From contig JAGNLL010000003.1 in NCBI GenBank assembly GCA_017999675.1, positions 74,071-138,070 on the forward strand: a stretch of DNA of 64,000 nucleotides. Direction: 5' to 3'. The notes beneath the pieces are model-generated. The model saw nothing but the letters and a program-made list of their open reading frames with translations. It did not search any database and was not told where the DNA came from. The DNA comes from Rickettsiales bacterium. GTDB lineage: Bacteria > Pseudomonadota > Alphaproteobacteria > Rickettsiales > UBA1997. Positions 27,644 to 37,718 of this stretch are shown here, piece by piece. The position numbers and the translations under genes were made by a program. Within the stretch, counting starts at the first letter, position 1; each line of letters starts with the position of its first letter.

Positions 27644-27895
27644 TCACCTCACCACCACAATCTCCAACGCATGCATTCCCCACGCAAACTCATCTTTTAA
27701 AACCGCATTAACTTTTCGATGTGCATTCACCACACTTAAACCCCTCAACTCCTCCGCTTCAATTCTAACCGCAAAATGCGTTTCACCGCTTCCATCATCT
27801 CCCGCGTGCCCCGCGTGCAAATGTGAATTATTTTTCACCTCTAAAAATTTTGGCTGAAAAGTTTTTTTCAACTTCTCTTCAATCCTTTGCTTCAT
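27644..27895 (-). CDS. BolA family protein (second paralogue)
   Basis: The HAGHAG...ETHFAVRIEAEEL..L..V..HR.VN pattern is typical of BolA/YrbA. Confidence 0.75.
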   Translation of the reverse strand: MKQRIEEKLKKTFQPKFLEVKNNSHLHAGHAGDDGSGETHFAVRIEAEELRGLSVVNAHRKVNAVLKDEFAWGMHALEIVVVR

Positions 27896-28159
27896 GTTAA
27901 AAAAACTGTTAATAAATTGTTAAAAACTCTGCACTTCTTCACCGATCGATTCTTTATTAAAAACTTATTAAAAGTTTTAACATTTTTTCCACAGATTTCA
28001 CTGCTGTTAAAAAGTTTTTTTCTTAAAAATCTTACCTGTTAATAACTTTTATAAATCCTTTATTTTCAAGGTTTTATAAAGTTTTTATCTGTTAATAAAA
28101 TTGTTAAAAATTTTTAATCAAATAATTCACAGCCCTAATAAAATTAACTAATCTCTTCA
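27896..28159. other. candidate chromosomal replication origin (hemE-linked AT-rich intergenic region)
   Basis: 264-bp AT-rich gap upstream of hemE. It has two exact TTAA-N7-TTAA motifs (27909-27923, 27957-27971). It has a DnaA-box-like TTTTCCACA (27985-27993) and a weaker TAATTCACA. CTGTTAA occurs four times, and there is one GANTC site. Confidence 0.4.
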
Positions 28160-29191
28160 ATGAATAAATTAATTAATACCCTTCTCAAAAAAGAAAAAAA
28201 TTCCAATCCACCAATTTGGATAATGAGACAAGCCGGAAGATATTTACCAGAATACCGCGAAGTACGCTCAAATGTAAAAAATTTCTTAGAACTTTGCTAC
28301 ACACCAAAGTTGGCTTCAGAGGTGACTCTTCAACCAATACGTAGATTTGGTTTTGATGCAGCAATTATTTTTTCAGACATTTTGGTAATTCCAGATGCGC
28401 TTGGTGTGAAAGTTGAGTTTGTAAAAAACGAAGGACCAAAATTACAAAAAATTTCAGGCAGCGCTGATTTAAAATCTCTCAAAACAAATAATATCGTAAG
28501 CCATTTGCAGCCGGTTTTTGAAGCTTTGTCACTTACAAAATCAAAGCTTGATGCAAACACTGCTTTAATTGGTTTTTCTGGCTCTCCGTGGACGCTAGCT
28601 TGCTACATGATTGAAGGTGGTGGATCGAAAAATTTTGAAGAAACTCGCAAAACCGCAATTCATGACGAAAAGTTTTTTGCCGAATTAATCGAAATTTTAA
28701 CGCAAAGCATTGTCGTTTATTTGTCGCAGCAAATCAAAGCTGGAGCGGATGTAGTGAAGTTGTTTGATTCTTGGGCTGGAGTTTTGCCACCAACTCAATT
28801 GAGAAAATGGGTGATTGAACCAACTAAAAAAATTGTTGCCGAGCTTAAAAAATTACATCCAGAAACACCGGTAATTTGCTTTCCGCGTGGCATTGGAATG
28901 ATGTATGAAGAATTTGCGCGCGAGGTTGGATCGCAAGGTTTGGCGCTAGATCAAAATTTAGAAAAAAACTGGGTGAAAAAGAATCTACAAGAAAATTTAG
29001 GACAAGTTGTTCAGGGAAATTTGGATAATATTTTGCTGGCTTGCGGTTCGAAAAGTGAAATCGAAAAAGAGGTTTTGCAGATTTTAGAAAGTTTTGGAGA
29101 TCATCCTTTTATCTTCAATCTTGGGCACGGAATTATCCCTCAAACGCCAATTGAAAATGTTGAGCTGGTGATGAAGTTAATAAGAAAATAA
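28160..29191 (+). CDS. hemE: uroporphyrinogen decarboxylase
   Basis: The PPIWIMRQAGRYLPEYR signature. Confidence 0.95.
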   Translation: MNKLINTLLKKEKNSNPPIWIMRQAGRYLPEYREVRSNVKNFLELCYTPKLASEVTLQPIRRFGFDAAIIFSDILVIPDALGVKVEFVKNEGPKLQKISGSADLKSLKTNNIVSHLQPVFEALSLTKSKLDANTALIGFSGSPWTLACYMIEGGGSKNFEETRKTAIHDEKFFAELIEILTQSIVVYLSQQIKAGADVVKLFDSWAGVLPPTQLRKWVIEPTKKIVAELKKLHPETPVICFPRGIGMMYEEFAREVGSQGLALDQNLEKNWVKKNLQENLGQVVQGNLDNILLACGSKSEIEKEVLQILESFGDHPFIFNLGHGIIPQTPIENVELVMKLIRK

Positions 29192-29202
29192 ATAACTAAA
29201 AT

Positions 29203-30408
29203 TTATTTCTGAACTTCCTCAAAAACCGTCATCCAAACTGACGCAATTGCCTGTGCGGCAATACCTTCTTCGCGTCCTAAAAATCCAAGTTTTTCAGTTG
29301 TTGTTGCTTTAACATTCACGCGGTTTTTTGTAATTCCTAAAACCCTTGCCAATTCTTCTTCCATCTGCTTTTTAAACTTAGAAATTTTTGGTTTTTCGCA
29401 AATTATTGTGATGTCTAAATTCAAAATCGTCGCACCTTTTTTTACCAATAAATGCTTAATAATTTTTAGCATGTCGCGCGAATCGATATTTTTCCACTTC
29501 ACGTCAGATGGTGGAAAATGTTCACCGATGTCACCTTCGCCAATAGCACCTAAAAGTGCGTCAATTGCGGCGTGAATGCCAACGTCGCCGTCAGAGTGAG
29601 CGGAGACTTTTTTGTTAAACTCAACATCTATTCCGCAAATTCTGATAAAATTATTTTCATCTTTTTCGCGCTCACGAAAAGCGTGAACATCAAAACCAGT
29701 GCCGCAGCGATTTTCTTCTTTTACATTTTGCACCAGCATTGAAACCATGCGGCAAGCGCGCTCGTAATCTTCGCCGGTAGTGATTTTAAAATTATTTTGA
29801 GACCCCGGAACAATCGCCACCGGAATTCCGGCATATTCATTTAGCGCAGAATCGTCGGTAAAATTTAAATCTTTAAAGGCGGTGTGAGATTCTAAAATAT
29901 CTTTGTAAAGAAAGCCCTGCGGGGTTTGCGCGCGCCACAAATTTTCGCGCTCAAGTGTCCATTCAATTTTTCCGTCAGAATATTTTTTTAGCGTGTCTTC
30001 AACCGCAACGGCAGGAATTACTGCTGGGTGAGTTTCTAATTTTTCTAAAATGCCATTAATCACGCGCTTAGAAACAAAAGGGCGCACGCCATCGTGAATT
30101 AAAACTTTACTCGGATTGTAATCGCGCAAAGCCTCTAAACCAAAGCGAATTGAGGCTTGGCGAGTGTCGCCACCAAAAACAGGATTTAACAAATCAAGAC
30201 CAGCGGCCGCTTCTTCGTAAAGCTCAACGTCGTCTGGATGAATCACGCAAATCACGTCAGTAATTTTTGGATGATTCAAAAATGCTAAAATCGAATGACG
30301 CAAAAGCGGCACGCCGGCGAGCGACAAATATTGCTTAGGAATTCCCTCGCCGCTATTGAAACGATTTCCACGCCCACAGGCGGTGATTAGTGCGACGATT
30401 TTTGGCAT
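29203..30408 (-). CDS. ispDF: bifunctional IspD/IspF (MEP cytidylyltransferase / MEcPP synthase)
   Basis: N-terminal IspD (AACGRGNRF) fused to C-terminal IspF (GFDVHAF...AHSDGDV); 401 aa. Confidence 0.92.
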   Translation of the reverse strand: MPKIVALITACGRGNRFNSGEGIPKQYLSLAGVPLLRHSILAFLNHPKITDVICVIHPDDVELYEEAAAGLDLLNPVFGGDTRQASIRFGLEALRDYNPSKVLIHDGVRPFVSKRVINGILEKLETHPAVIPAVAVEDTLKKYSDGKIEWTLERENLWRAQTPQGFLYKDILESHTAFKDLNFTDDSALNEYAGIPVAIVPGSQNNFKITTGEDYERACRMVSMLVQNVKEENRCGTGFDVHAFREREKDENNFIRICGIDVEFNKKVSAHSDGDVGIHAAIDALLGAIGEGDIGEHFPPSDVKWKNIDSRDMLKIIKHLLVKKGATILNLDITIICEKPKISKFKKQMEEELARVLGITKNRVNVKATTTEKLGFLGREEGIAAQAIASVWMTVFEEVQK

Positions 30409-30422
30409 GAGATGGAATTTTT

Positions 30423-31709
30423 CTAATTTGAGTGAGATTTATTTTTTGCAATTCTGTCTTCCATCTCGCCACGGAAATTTTTGATCAAACCCTGCACCGG
30501 CCAAGCTGCAGCATCACCCAAAGCGCAAATGGTGTGGCCTTCGATTTGTTTGGTTAGGTTGTAAAGTTGATCAATTTCTTTCACTTCGGCTTTGCCTTCA
30601 ACCATGCGATCCATAATGCGCATTAGCCAGCCAGTGCCTTCGCGGCATGGCGTGCATTGTCCGCAAGATTCGTGTTTGTAAAAATGTGAAAGTCTTGCGA
30701 TTGCAGCGATAACGTCAGTTGATTTATCCATCACGATAACACCAGCAGTACCAAGGCCTGAGCCCGCTGCTTTTAATGAATCAAAATCCATCAACACAGT
30801 GTCGCAAACATCTTTTTTCAGCATTGGCACTGACGATCCACCAGGAATTACAGCCAAGAGATTATCCCAGCCGCCGCGCACGCCGCCGGCATGTTTTTCG
30901 ATTAATTCTTTTAGAGGAATTCCCATTTCTTCTTCAACGTTGCACGGCTTGTTGACGTGACCAGAAATACAAAAAACTTTTGTGCCGGTATTTTTTTCGC
31001 GGCCCAAACCTGCGAACCACGCAGCTCCGCGACGTAAAATTTCTGGAACAACTGCGATTGATTCAACGTTGTTGATTACAGTTGGGCAGCCGTAAAGGCC
31101 GATAAGTGCCGGAAATGGTGGCTTCAAACGAGGTTGACCTTTGTTGCCTTCTAAACTTTCAAGCAAAGCAGTTTCTTCGCCGCAAATGTAAGCGCCGGCT
31201 CCGCGGTGCACAAAAATGTCCAAATCCCAGCCAGAATTGCAGGCGTTTTTTCCGATTAATTTTGCGTCGTAAGCTTCGTCAATTGCACGCTGCAACGCGA
31301 CAGCCTCGTTGTAATATTCGCCACGAACGTAGATGTAGCAAGTGTTGGCGTTAATTGCACGCGAAGCAAGTAAACAACCCTCTAAAAGTTTGTGAGGATC
31401 ATTGCGCAAAATGTCGCGATCTTTGCAAGTGCCTGGCTCAGATTCGTCAGCGTTGATCACCAAATAATGCGGCTTGCCTTCTTTGGGGTCAGATTTTTTT
31501 GGTACAAATGACCATTTCATTCCGGTAGGAAAACCAGCGCCACCGCGGCCGCGCAGCACAGAATCTTTAACTTGCTGAATCAACCATTCAGAGCCTTGAT
31601 CAAGAAAATTTTTGGTTTGCGACCAGTCGCCTCTTTTTTTTGCAGCGTCTAAATTTGCAGATTGAAAACCGTAAAGATTGGTAAAAATTTTATCCGATTC
31701 TTTGAGCAT
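30423..31709 (-). CDS. nuoF: NADH-quinone oxidoreductase subunit F
   Basis: [10 protein letters not shown] (FMN/NADH site) and [12 protein letters not shown] (4Fe-4S). I prefer the start at ATG 31709 ([14 protein letters not shown]). No other nuo genes are adjacent. Confidence 0.93.
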   Translation of the reverse strand: MLKESDKIFTNLYGFQSANLDAAKKRGDWSQTKNFLDQGSEWLIQQVKDSVLRGRGGAGFPTGMKWSFVPKKSDPKEGKPHYLVINADESEPGTCKDRDILRNDPHKLLEGCLLASRAINANTCYIYVRGEYYNEAVALQRAIDEAYDAKLIGKNACNSGWDLDIFVHRGAGAYICGEETALLESLEGNKGQPRLKPPFPALIGLYGCPTVINNVESIAVVPEILRRGAAWFAGLGREKNTGTKVFCISGHVNKPCNVEEEMGIPLKELIEKHAGGVRGGWDNLLAVIPGGSSVPMLKKDVCDTVLMDFDSLKAAGSGLGTAGVIVMDKSTDVIAAIARLSHFYKHESCGQCTPCREGTGWLMRIMDRMVEGKAEVKEIDQLYNLTKQIEGHTICALGDAAAWPVQGLIKNFRGEMEDRIAKNKSHSN

Positions 31710-31892
31710 TTTTTTTGGAAAAATTGTGTGTGAAATGAGGGGCGCGGCAAATCGTAAATTTGCTTTTAGTAAAATCAAGAAAGCAGCCTTGTGGGCAAAA
31801 AAATTGCACAACTTTTTTTTACAAAAACTTTTTTGCAGACTAAAGATTGATTAAAAAACTTGCGCAAATAAAAACTTTTTCGATCTCATTTC

Positions 31893-33479
31893 TTGATAAA
31901 ATCCCTCCAAAATTTAACACAAAATTCCGTGCCTAATTTCCAAAATCTCTTGAAAAAATTTTTGGTGCTGTCGCTGCTTTCAATGCAGTTTTCTTGCTAC
32001 CAAGGCAGGTTAGATCCTTTTGACACGCAAAATGGGCTGACTCGTGGCGAGATTAAAGACAGCTTGATGAAAGCTCCAAAGAGAAAGGGTGAAAAAAACC
32101 AAGGCGCTGAAAAAAACGAAGCGCCAATTCCAACGGTTTCAAAACTAATTATGACGCCACCGCCCCCAGTAATTGGTGGCAGCAAAACGCTTTCTTTTTC
32201 GGTGACCGATCAGGTGCCTTTGAAAGATGTTTTAATTGAGCTTGGCCGCGTTGCACAAATTGATGTCGATCTTGATCCCGGCATTTCTGGTGGCGTAATT
32301 ATTAACGCTAAAAATCGTCCTTTTAAAGAAGTGATTGATCGCATTGCAACTCTTGGGGGCCTTCGCTACAGCTATCAAAACGGCGTTTTGCGTTTTGAGC
32401 GCGACACGCCTTACATGAAAAATTACTTCGTTGACTATTTAATTGACGGCCAGCTTTGGAGTGACGTTGAAACCAACATTAATGCTATTTTAGCTAACTC
32501 AACTCCAGCTGCCGCATCTTCTGAAGAAGGCGCTGCCGCTCCGGCGGGTGCTTCGTCAATTTCGTCAAATAAATCTGCGGGAATTCTTTCGGTTTTTGCA
32601 ACCGGCAAAGAGCACGAAAGTATCGAGGGCTATTTGGCAGATGTTGAGCAAGCAGCCTCAGCACAGGTTTTGATTGAGGCTAAGGTTGTTGAGGTTTCTT
32701 TGAGTGAAGAATACAAAACCGGCATTGATTGGTCTACGGTTGGCAGCAAAAATAGCTTCTCGGCCTCAAATGGCTTTACTGCAGGTGGTGGAATTACCTA
32801 CATAGCAAGCGAGTTATTTAACTCTGATCTTGCTGCCTCGGTTAGTGCGCTTGAAACCTTTGGCACCACGCGAACAATCTCTAGTCCGCGCATTCACGCC
32901 ATTAACAACCAGAAGGCCTCTCTAAACTTTGGTGACAAGTTGGTTTATTTTAAAATTGATTCAAACCAAAGCACAACCTCTGCAACAACTGGGGAGCCAT
33001 TGACTAGCAGCAATATTACTACCACCAAGCAGGAAGAAAATGTCGGCGTGCAGCTAGATATTACGCCGTCAATTAACGTGCGCACCGGGCAAATTGTAAT
33101 GAGCGTGAAGCCACAATTGTCGGTTCACAGCTCTGACGTGCAAGATCCTGGTGTTGAAGCAGCAAACTTGGTGCCGGTAATTAACACTAGAACCATTAGC
33201 ACCATTGCCAAAATTAAAAGCGGCAATGTTTTGGTCATTGGTGGTTTAATGAAGGACACCACAACCAACTCTGATTCAGGCGTGCCGTTTTTAAATCGTA
33301 TTCCGGTTTTGGGTTGGTTCTTCAAATCAGTTTCAAAAAGCACCACCCTTGTTGAAACCGTAATTTTAATTAAGGCAACAATCATCAAGTCTGGAGTCTC
33401 TTCGGTTGGCAAAGTTGATCGCGACTTCCAGCAAAAATTTGACACCAACCGTCGCCGCTTTTTTGGCACTGAGCAATAA
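31893..33479 (+). CDS. secretin-family outer-membrane lipoprotein (MshL/PilN/BfpB-like)
   Basis: C-terminal secretin domain (SSPRIHAINNQKASL, VPVINTRTISTIAKIKSGNVLVIGGL, GVPFLNRIPVLGWFF). The lipobox is LLSMQFSC. An alternative TTG start at 31950 would give the canonical signal MKKFLVLSLLSMQFSC. Confidence 0.8.
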   Translation: MIKSLQNLTQNSVPNFQNLLKKFLVLSLLSMQFSCYQGRLDPFDTQNGLTRGEIKDSLMKAPKRKGEKNQGAEKNEAPIPTVSKLIMTPPPPVIGGSKTLSFSVTDQVPLKDVLIELGRVAQIDVDLDPGISGGVIINAKNRPFKEVIDRIATLGGLRYSYQNGVLRFERDTPYMKNYFVDYLIDGQLWSDVETNINAILANSTPAAASSEEGAAAPAGASSISSNKSAGILSVFATGKEHESIEGYLADVEQAASAQVLIEAKVVEVSLSEEYKTGIDWSTVGSKNSFSASNGFTAGGGITYIASELFNSDLAASVSALETFGTTRTISSPRIHAINNQKASLNFGDKLVYFKIDSNQSTTSATTGEPLTSSNITTTKQEENVGVQLDITPSINVRTGQIVMSVKPQLSVHSSDVQDPGVEAANLVPVINTRTISTIAKIKSGNVLVIGGLMKDTTTNSDSGVPFLNRIPVLGWFFKSVSKSTTLVETVILIKATIIKSGVSSVGKVDRDFQQKFDTNRRRFFGTEQ

Positions 33480-33482
33480 ATC

Positions 33483-34244
33483 ATGAAATCAATTCTAAAA
33501 TACATCCTTCTGGCCGGTATTAGAGATCGTCTCTATATCGGCCTTTTTGTTACTTTGGCGGCGTCTTTTTCGCTGTCGATTTTTCTTGGCTCCACCTCTT
33601 TCGTTGAAGCGCAGCAAACAACTGCAGCCTACATTGCAGGCTCCTCTCGCGCCATTCTTGCCATTGGCATGATCCTTTTCGTTTGCCTCAGCGTTGCGCG
33701 CGCATTCGAAAACAAAGAAGTCGAATTCATCATTTCAAAATCAATCTCGCGCGAGCAGTTTATTTTAAGCTACGTAATCGGCTTTTTCGTTGCGGCATTT
33801 TTAATTTTTATTCCACTCGTCACTGCAATTTTAATCGTCACCAAAGCCAATAAATTTGGCCTGCTAATTTGGTCGGCAACTTTGCTTTCTGAGCTAATGA
33901 TCATCATTTCTTTTTCGCTGCTGGCCTCGCTAATTTTAAAAAATTCTTTCTCGGCAATCATGGCTTCGTTTGGCTTCTACATTATCTCGCGTCTGATGGG
34001 GGTTTTCGTTTTGGCAATCAACTTGCCGCAAGACATTGCGCAAGCCAAAAACCAAGCTTTGGGCGTTAGTTTAAAATTTCTCTCTGCACTTTTTCCACGC
34101 CTCGATCTTTTCACTCAAAGCGATTGGCTTTCTTACGGCGTTAGCGATTCAAGCAACCTAAAAATCATTCTAATCCAATCGCTAATCTACATTCCGCTCA
34201 TGATTTTCATGGCTTTTCACGATTTCAAAAAGAAGCAATTCTAG
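33483..34244 (+). CDS. ABC-2 family permease-like membrane protein (NosY/GldF-like)
   Basis: About 6 predicted TM helices. FENKEVEFIISKSISREQFILSYVIG resembles the E-x-E-x-G-T-x-E-L-L-x-x-P-x-S-R motif of ABC-2 permeases. It starts 3 nt after the secretin stop. Confidence 0.55.
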   Translation: MKSILKYILLAGIRDRLYIGLFVTLAASFSLSIFLGSTSFVEAQQTTAAYIAGSSRAILAIGMILFVCLSVARAFENKEVEFIISKSISREQFILSYVIGFFVAAFLIFIPLVTAILIVTKANKFGLLIWSATLLSELMIIISFSLLASLILKNSFSAIMASFGFYIISRLMGVFVLAINLPQDIAQAKNQALGVSLKFLSALFPRLDLFTQSDWLSYGVSDSSNLKIILIQSLIYIPLMIFMAFHDFKKKQF

Positions 34245-34245
34245 C

Positions 34246-35004
34246 ATGAAGGCTCGCCTCTTTTTTCATCTTTATTCGCACAAAATTTTCTTTTGGCTTT
34301 TTGTCGCTACCTTCGCGTGCCAACTTTTTTTCTGGAAACAAACCGAGCATCTAAAGCCCCGTTTTGACATTGTGCCGCCTGCTCCAAATCAATATTTAGT
34401 CTCTGCTCTTTCACTGGGCGACAAAGAATTTTTATTCCGCATTTTAGCCACGCGCCTGCAAAATTCGGGCGACGTTTTTGCCGGATTTTTGTCGCTAAAA
34501 GATTACGATTACGCCCGCGTGCACCAATGGATGACAACACTCGACACCCTCAACGCCAAATCAAATTTTGTCCCCGCGATTGCCGCTTACTACTATTCGC
34601 AAACCCAAAGAGCCGAAGACGTGCACCACGTGGTAGACTATCTCGAAGAGCATTCAAAAAAAGACATCGACGCCAATTGGTGGTGGCTTTTTCAAGCAAC
34701 TTACATCGCCAAAAAAAACATGGGCGACATGAATCGCGCCCTCGAAATTGCCTACCTGCTTAGCAAAAATAATTCGCCCACCGCGCCATTTTGGACCAAA
34801 CAACTGCCGGCATTTTTGCACGAAGAAATGGGCGACGGCTGCATGGCTTTTGCGGTGATTGAAAGCCTCATCAAAGAAAGCGAAAGCGGTGCGCGCCAAA
34901 TCAAACCCGAAGAGCTAAACTTCATGCGCCACTTCATTAATGACCGCTTGGCAAAATTGAAAAAACAAAAATTTGATCCGCGCCAATGCAGCAAAAAATT
35001 CTAA
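34246..35004 (+). CDS. hypothetical protein, N-terminal membrane anchor plus helical (TPR-like?) domain
   Basis: A 252-aa ORF starting 1 nt after the upstream stop, with one N-terminal hydrophobic helix (IFFWLFVATFACQLFFW). I recognise no motif. Confidence 0.55.
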   Translation: MKARLFFHLYSHKIFFWLFVATFACQLFFWKQTEHLKPRFDIVPPAPNQYLVSALSLGDKEFLFRILATRLQNSGDVFAGFLSLKDYDYARVHQWMTTLDTLNAKSNFVPAIAAYYYSQTQRAEDVHHVVDYLEEHSKKDIDANWWWLFQATYIAKKNMGDMNRALEIAYLLSKNNSPTAPFWTKQLPAFLHEEMGDGCMAFAVIESLIKESESGARQIKPEELNFMRHFINDRLAKLKKQKFDPRQCSKKF

Positions 35005-35846
35005 AAAAAGAGCTCGCCAAAATCGTTGCAAATGCCCTGCAAGAAGACTGCGCTTTTAACGACGTCACCTCCGATTTAACCATCGCAAAAAACAGTCTTG
35101 TAGCCTTTGAAATTAAGGCGCGCGAAGAAATCATTTTTTGTGGCAAAGACATAGTCTCAGAAGTTTTTTTGCAGTTAAAAAAATCGCCAAAATTTAAAAA
35201 TTCGAAACTCGATTTAAAAATTTTAGCAAAAGATGGCGCTCGCATCAGCCCAGCAAAATCAATCGCTCGCGGTCAAGGCGACGCCAAATTAATTTTTGCC
35301 GCCGAAAGAGTTATTCTAAATTTAATTCAGCATTTAAGCGGTGTGGCAACGCTTACGCAAAAATTTGCGCAAGAACTGGCTAACAAAAAAATCAAAATTT
35401 TAGACACGCGAAAAACTCTACCGGGCCTGCGCGCCCTAGAAAAATATGCGGTTGTGGCTGGTGGCGGCAAAAACCACCGCTTCAACTTAAGCGACATGAT
35501 TTTGATTAAAGACAATCACATTGCCGCAGCGGGTAGCGTTGCAAATGCAATTGAAGCGGCAAAAAGCGGCGCCAAAAAATTAAAAATCGAAGTTGAGTGC
35601 GACACGCCAGACCAAGTTGCCGAGGCAGTAAAATCAGGGCCTCACATCATCATGCTCGACAACATGAAAATTTCTGAAATCAAAAAATCGATTAAACTAA
35701 TCAACAAAAAAGCGCAGATTGAAATTTCTGGCGGGGTGAATTTGCAAAATATTAAAAAATATTCGGCACTAGAAATTGATTTTATTTCAGTTGGATCTCT
35801 CACGCATTCTGCTCGCGCCGTCGACATTGGGTTGGACATTATTTAA
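34986..35846 (+). CDS. nadC: nicotinate-nucleotide pyrophosphorylase (quinolinate phosphoribosyltransferase)
   Basis: LDTRKTLPGLRALEKYAVVAGGGKNHRFNLSD and IKDNHI motifs. Confidence 0.92.
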   Translation: MQQKILKKELAKIVANALQEDCAFNDVTSDLTIAKNSLVAFEIKAREEIIFCGKDIVSEVFLQLKKSPKFKNSKLDLKILAKDGARISPAKSIARGQGDAKLIFAAERVILNLIQHLSGVATLTQKFAQELANKKIKILDTRKTLPGLRALEKYAVVAGGGKNHRFNLSDMILIKDNHIAAAGSVANAIEAAKSGAKKLKIEVECDTPDQVAEAVKSGPHIIMLDNMKISEIKKSIKLINKKAQIEISGGVNLQNIKKYSALEIDFISVGSLTHSARAVDIGLDII

Positions 35847-35939
35847 AAAAGATATTCTCCAGCGTGGAGAATATGTTAAACCCACCAGCCCTTGGGCCTG
35901 AAGGCTCTGCAAAAATCTCGAAAAATAAAAAGCCACAAA

Positions 35940-37718
35940 ATGCCAAGAAATCACACCGCTTTTTCCTTCCTTTTACACTCGATTAAGCCCTTCAAATTTT
36001 ACGTTGGCTTGCATCTTTTTGTGGTGCTTTACAACGCAATTGATCTTTCGCTTTGGCCCTATTTGACAAAAAATTTAGTCGACACTTTGTCGAATGCTCC
36101 GCGTGAACAAGTGATTTCGCAAGTTTGGCCAGCGGCGCTGCTGTTGATTATTTTTACAATTTTGCCCGGATTAATTTGGCGACTTTCTGATTTTTCTTGG
36201 ATGAATTTGACGCCATTAATGAAGAGAAAAATCACGGTCGAAACAATGGATTACGCCACGCAACACAGCACAATTTTTTTTCAAAATAATTTTTCTGGCT
36301 CTCTCGCTCACAAAGTGCGCGACCTTGCGGGCTGCACTCCGCAGATGCTTGCGAAAATTCTCTACAGTTTTTTAAACGTAATTTTAAGCCTCGCAATTGC
36401 CTTTGGCGCACTGTTTTTTGTGCACAAAGTTTTTGCTTTTGCGCTAATTATTTGGGCGGCAATTTTTATTTTAATGGCTCTAAAAGCCGCAAAAATTGTT
36501 GACCCACTTTCAGTTGCCGCCGCCGACCAACAAACCAAAAACATGGGCAACTTGGTCGATGTTTTAAGCAACATTGCCAACGTGCGTCTGTTCAATGGCA
36601 GGGGATTTGAAACCAGCAAAATCAAGGCTTTGCAAGATGATTACACCAAGCTTTCGAAGCGTAGAAATATTTTTCTAATCAAATTTTACATTGTTCACGC
36701 ACTCACTTTTGCAGCCTATTTTATTTTTTGCATTGTAGCTCTAATCAAGCTTTACGCTGAGGGTTTGGTGACGCTTGGCGACTTCTTAATGCTCTTTACA
36801 ATCAACAACTGGATCATCCATTTAATGTGGATGGCGGCGAGTGAAATGAACGTGTTTTTGGAAGATGTCGGCACCATTAATCAAGCTTTGTCGATTGTTA
36901 ACCAGCCCTTGCAGATTAAGGACGCAGAGCCTGCTCAAAACTTAAGCGTGAAGCGCGGCGAAATCACTTTTGACAATGTTTCATTTTCTTACCAAAAAAA
37001 TTCTGAGCCGCTTTTTTTCAACAAAAATCTAACAATTTTAGCCGGACAAAAAGTTGGATTAGTTGGCCATTCTGGAGGAGGTAAAACCACTTTTGTAAAT
37101 TTAATTTTACGCTTTTTTGACGTGAATTCCGGCCGCATTTTAATTGACCAACAAGACATCTCAAAGGTGACGCAAGAGTCACTCCGCACCGCAATTGGCA
37201 TGATTCCGCAAGACCCTTCACTTTTTCATCGCAGCTTAAAAGAAAATATTTCTTACGGAATTTCTGCAGAAAATTTCGAAGAAATAATCGCCGCTGCAAA
37301 AAAAGCGCACGCCCACAATTTTATTGAAGCGCTGCCCGAAAAATACGATTCAGTTGTTGGCGAGCGTGGCGTGAAGCTTTCGGGCGGGCAGCGCCAACGC
37401 ATTGCAATCGCGCGCGCTTTTTTAAAAAACGCGCCGATTTTAATTTTGGATGAAGCAACCAGCCAGCTCGATTCAATCACCGAAAATTTAATTCAAGATG
37501 CGCTGCAAAACTTAATGCAAAACAAAACCACAATCGTCATCGCGCACCGTCTGTCAACGCTGGCGCACATGGATCGCATTTTAGTTTTTGATTTGGGAAA
37601 AATAATCGAAGACGGCTCGCATCAAGAGTTGCTTGCTTTAAACGGCACTTACAAAAAACTTTGGGACGCGCAAGTTGGCGGCTTTTTAATTGAAAATTTT
37701 GACGAAAAAAATGACTAA
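35940..37718 (+). CDS. ABC exporter, fused permease-ATPase (MsbA/type 1 exporter family)
   Basis: Six N-terminal TM helices, Walker A GHSGGGKTT, signature LSGGQRQR, Walker B LILDEATS. I prefer the ATG at 35940. Confidence 0.88.
   Translation: MPRNHTAFSFLLHSIKPFKFYVGLHLFVVLYNAIDLSLWPYLTKNLVDTLSNAPREQVISQVWPAALLLIIFTILPGLIWRLSDFSWMNLTPLMKRKITVETMDYATQHSTIFFQNNFSGSLAHKVRDLAGCTPQMLAKILYSFLNVILSLAIAFGALFFVHKVFAFALIIWAAIFILMALKAAKIVDPLSVAAADQQTKNMGNLVDVLSNIANVRLFNGRGFETSKIKALQDDYTKLSKRRNIFLIKFYIVHALTFAAYFIFCIVALIKLYAEGLVTLGDFLMLFTINNWIIHLMWMAASEMNVFLEDVGTINQALSIVNQPLQIKDAEPAQNLSVKRGEITFDNVSFSYQKNSEPLFFNKNLTILAGQKVGLVGHSGGGKTTFVNLILRFFDVNSGRILIDQQDISKVTQESLRTAIGMIPQDPSLFHRSLKENISYGISAENFEEIIAAAKKAHAHNFIEALPEKYDSVVGERGVKLSGGQRQRIAIARAFLKNAPILILDEATSQLDSITENLIQDALQNLMQNKTTIVIAHRLSTLAHMDRILVFDLGKIIEDGSHQELLALNGTYKKLWDAQVGGFLIENFDEKND

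Noticed and set aside
34307-35245. A cluster of five overlapping alternative-frame ORFs within and around the 34246-35004 gene, and a similar cluster inside 61936-63591. I considered these as evidence of overlapping genes or of foreign high-GC DNA.
   Set aside because: Spot counts of GC in the 61936-63591 gene (about 45-48%) are no higher than in core genes such as pnp, and I did not spot-count the 34246-35004 gene. I cannot claim atypical composition without a proper window calculation. The alternative frames have no coding signatures.
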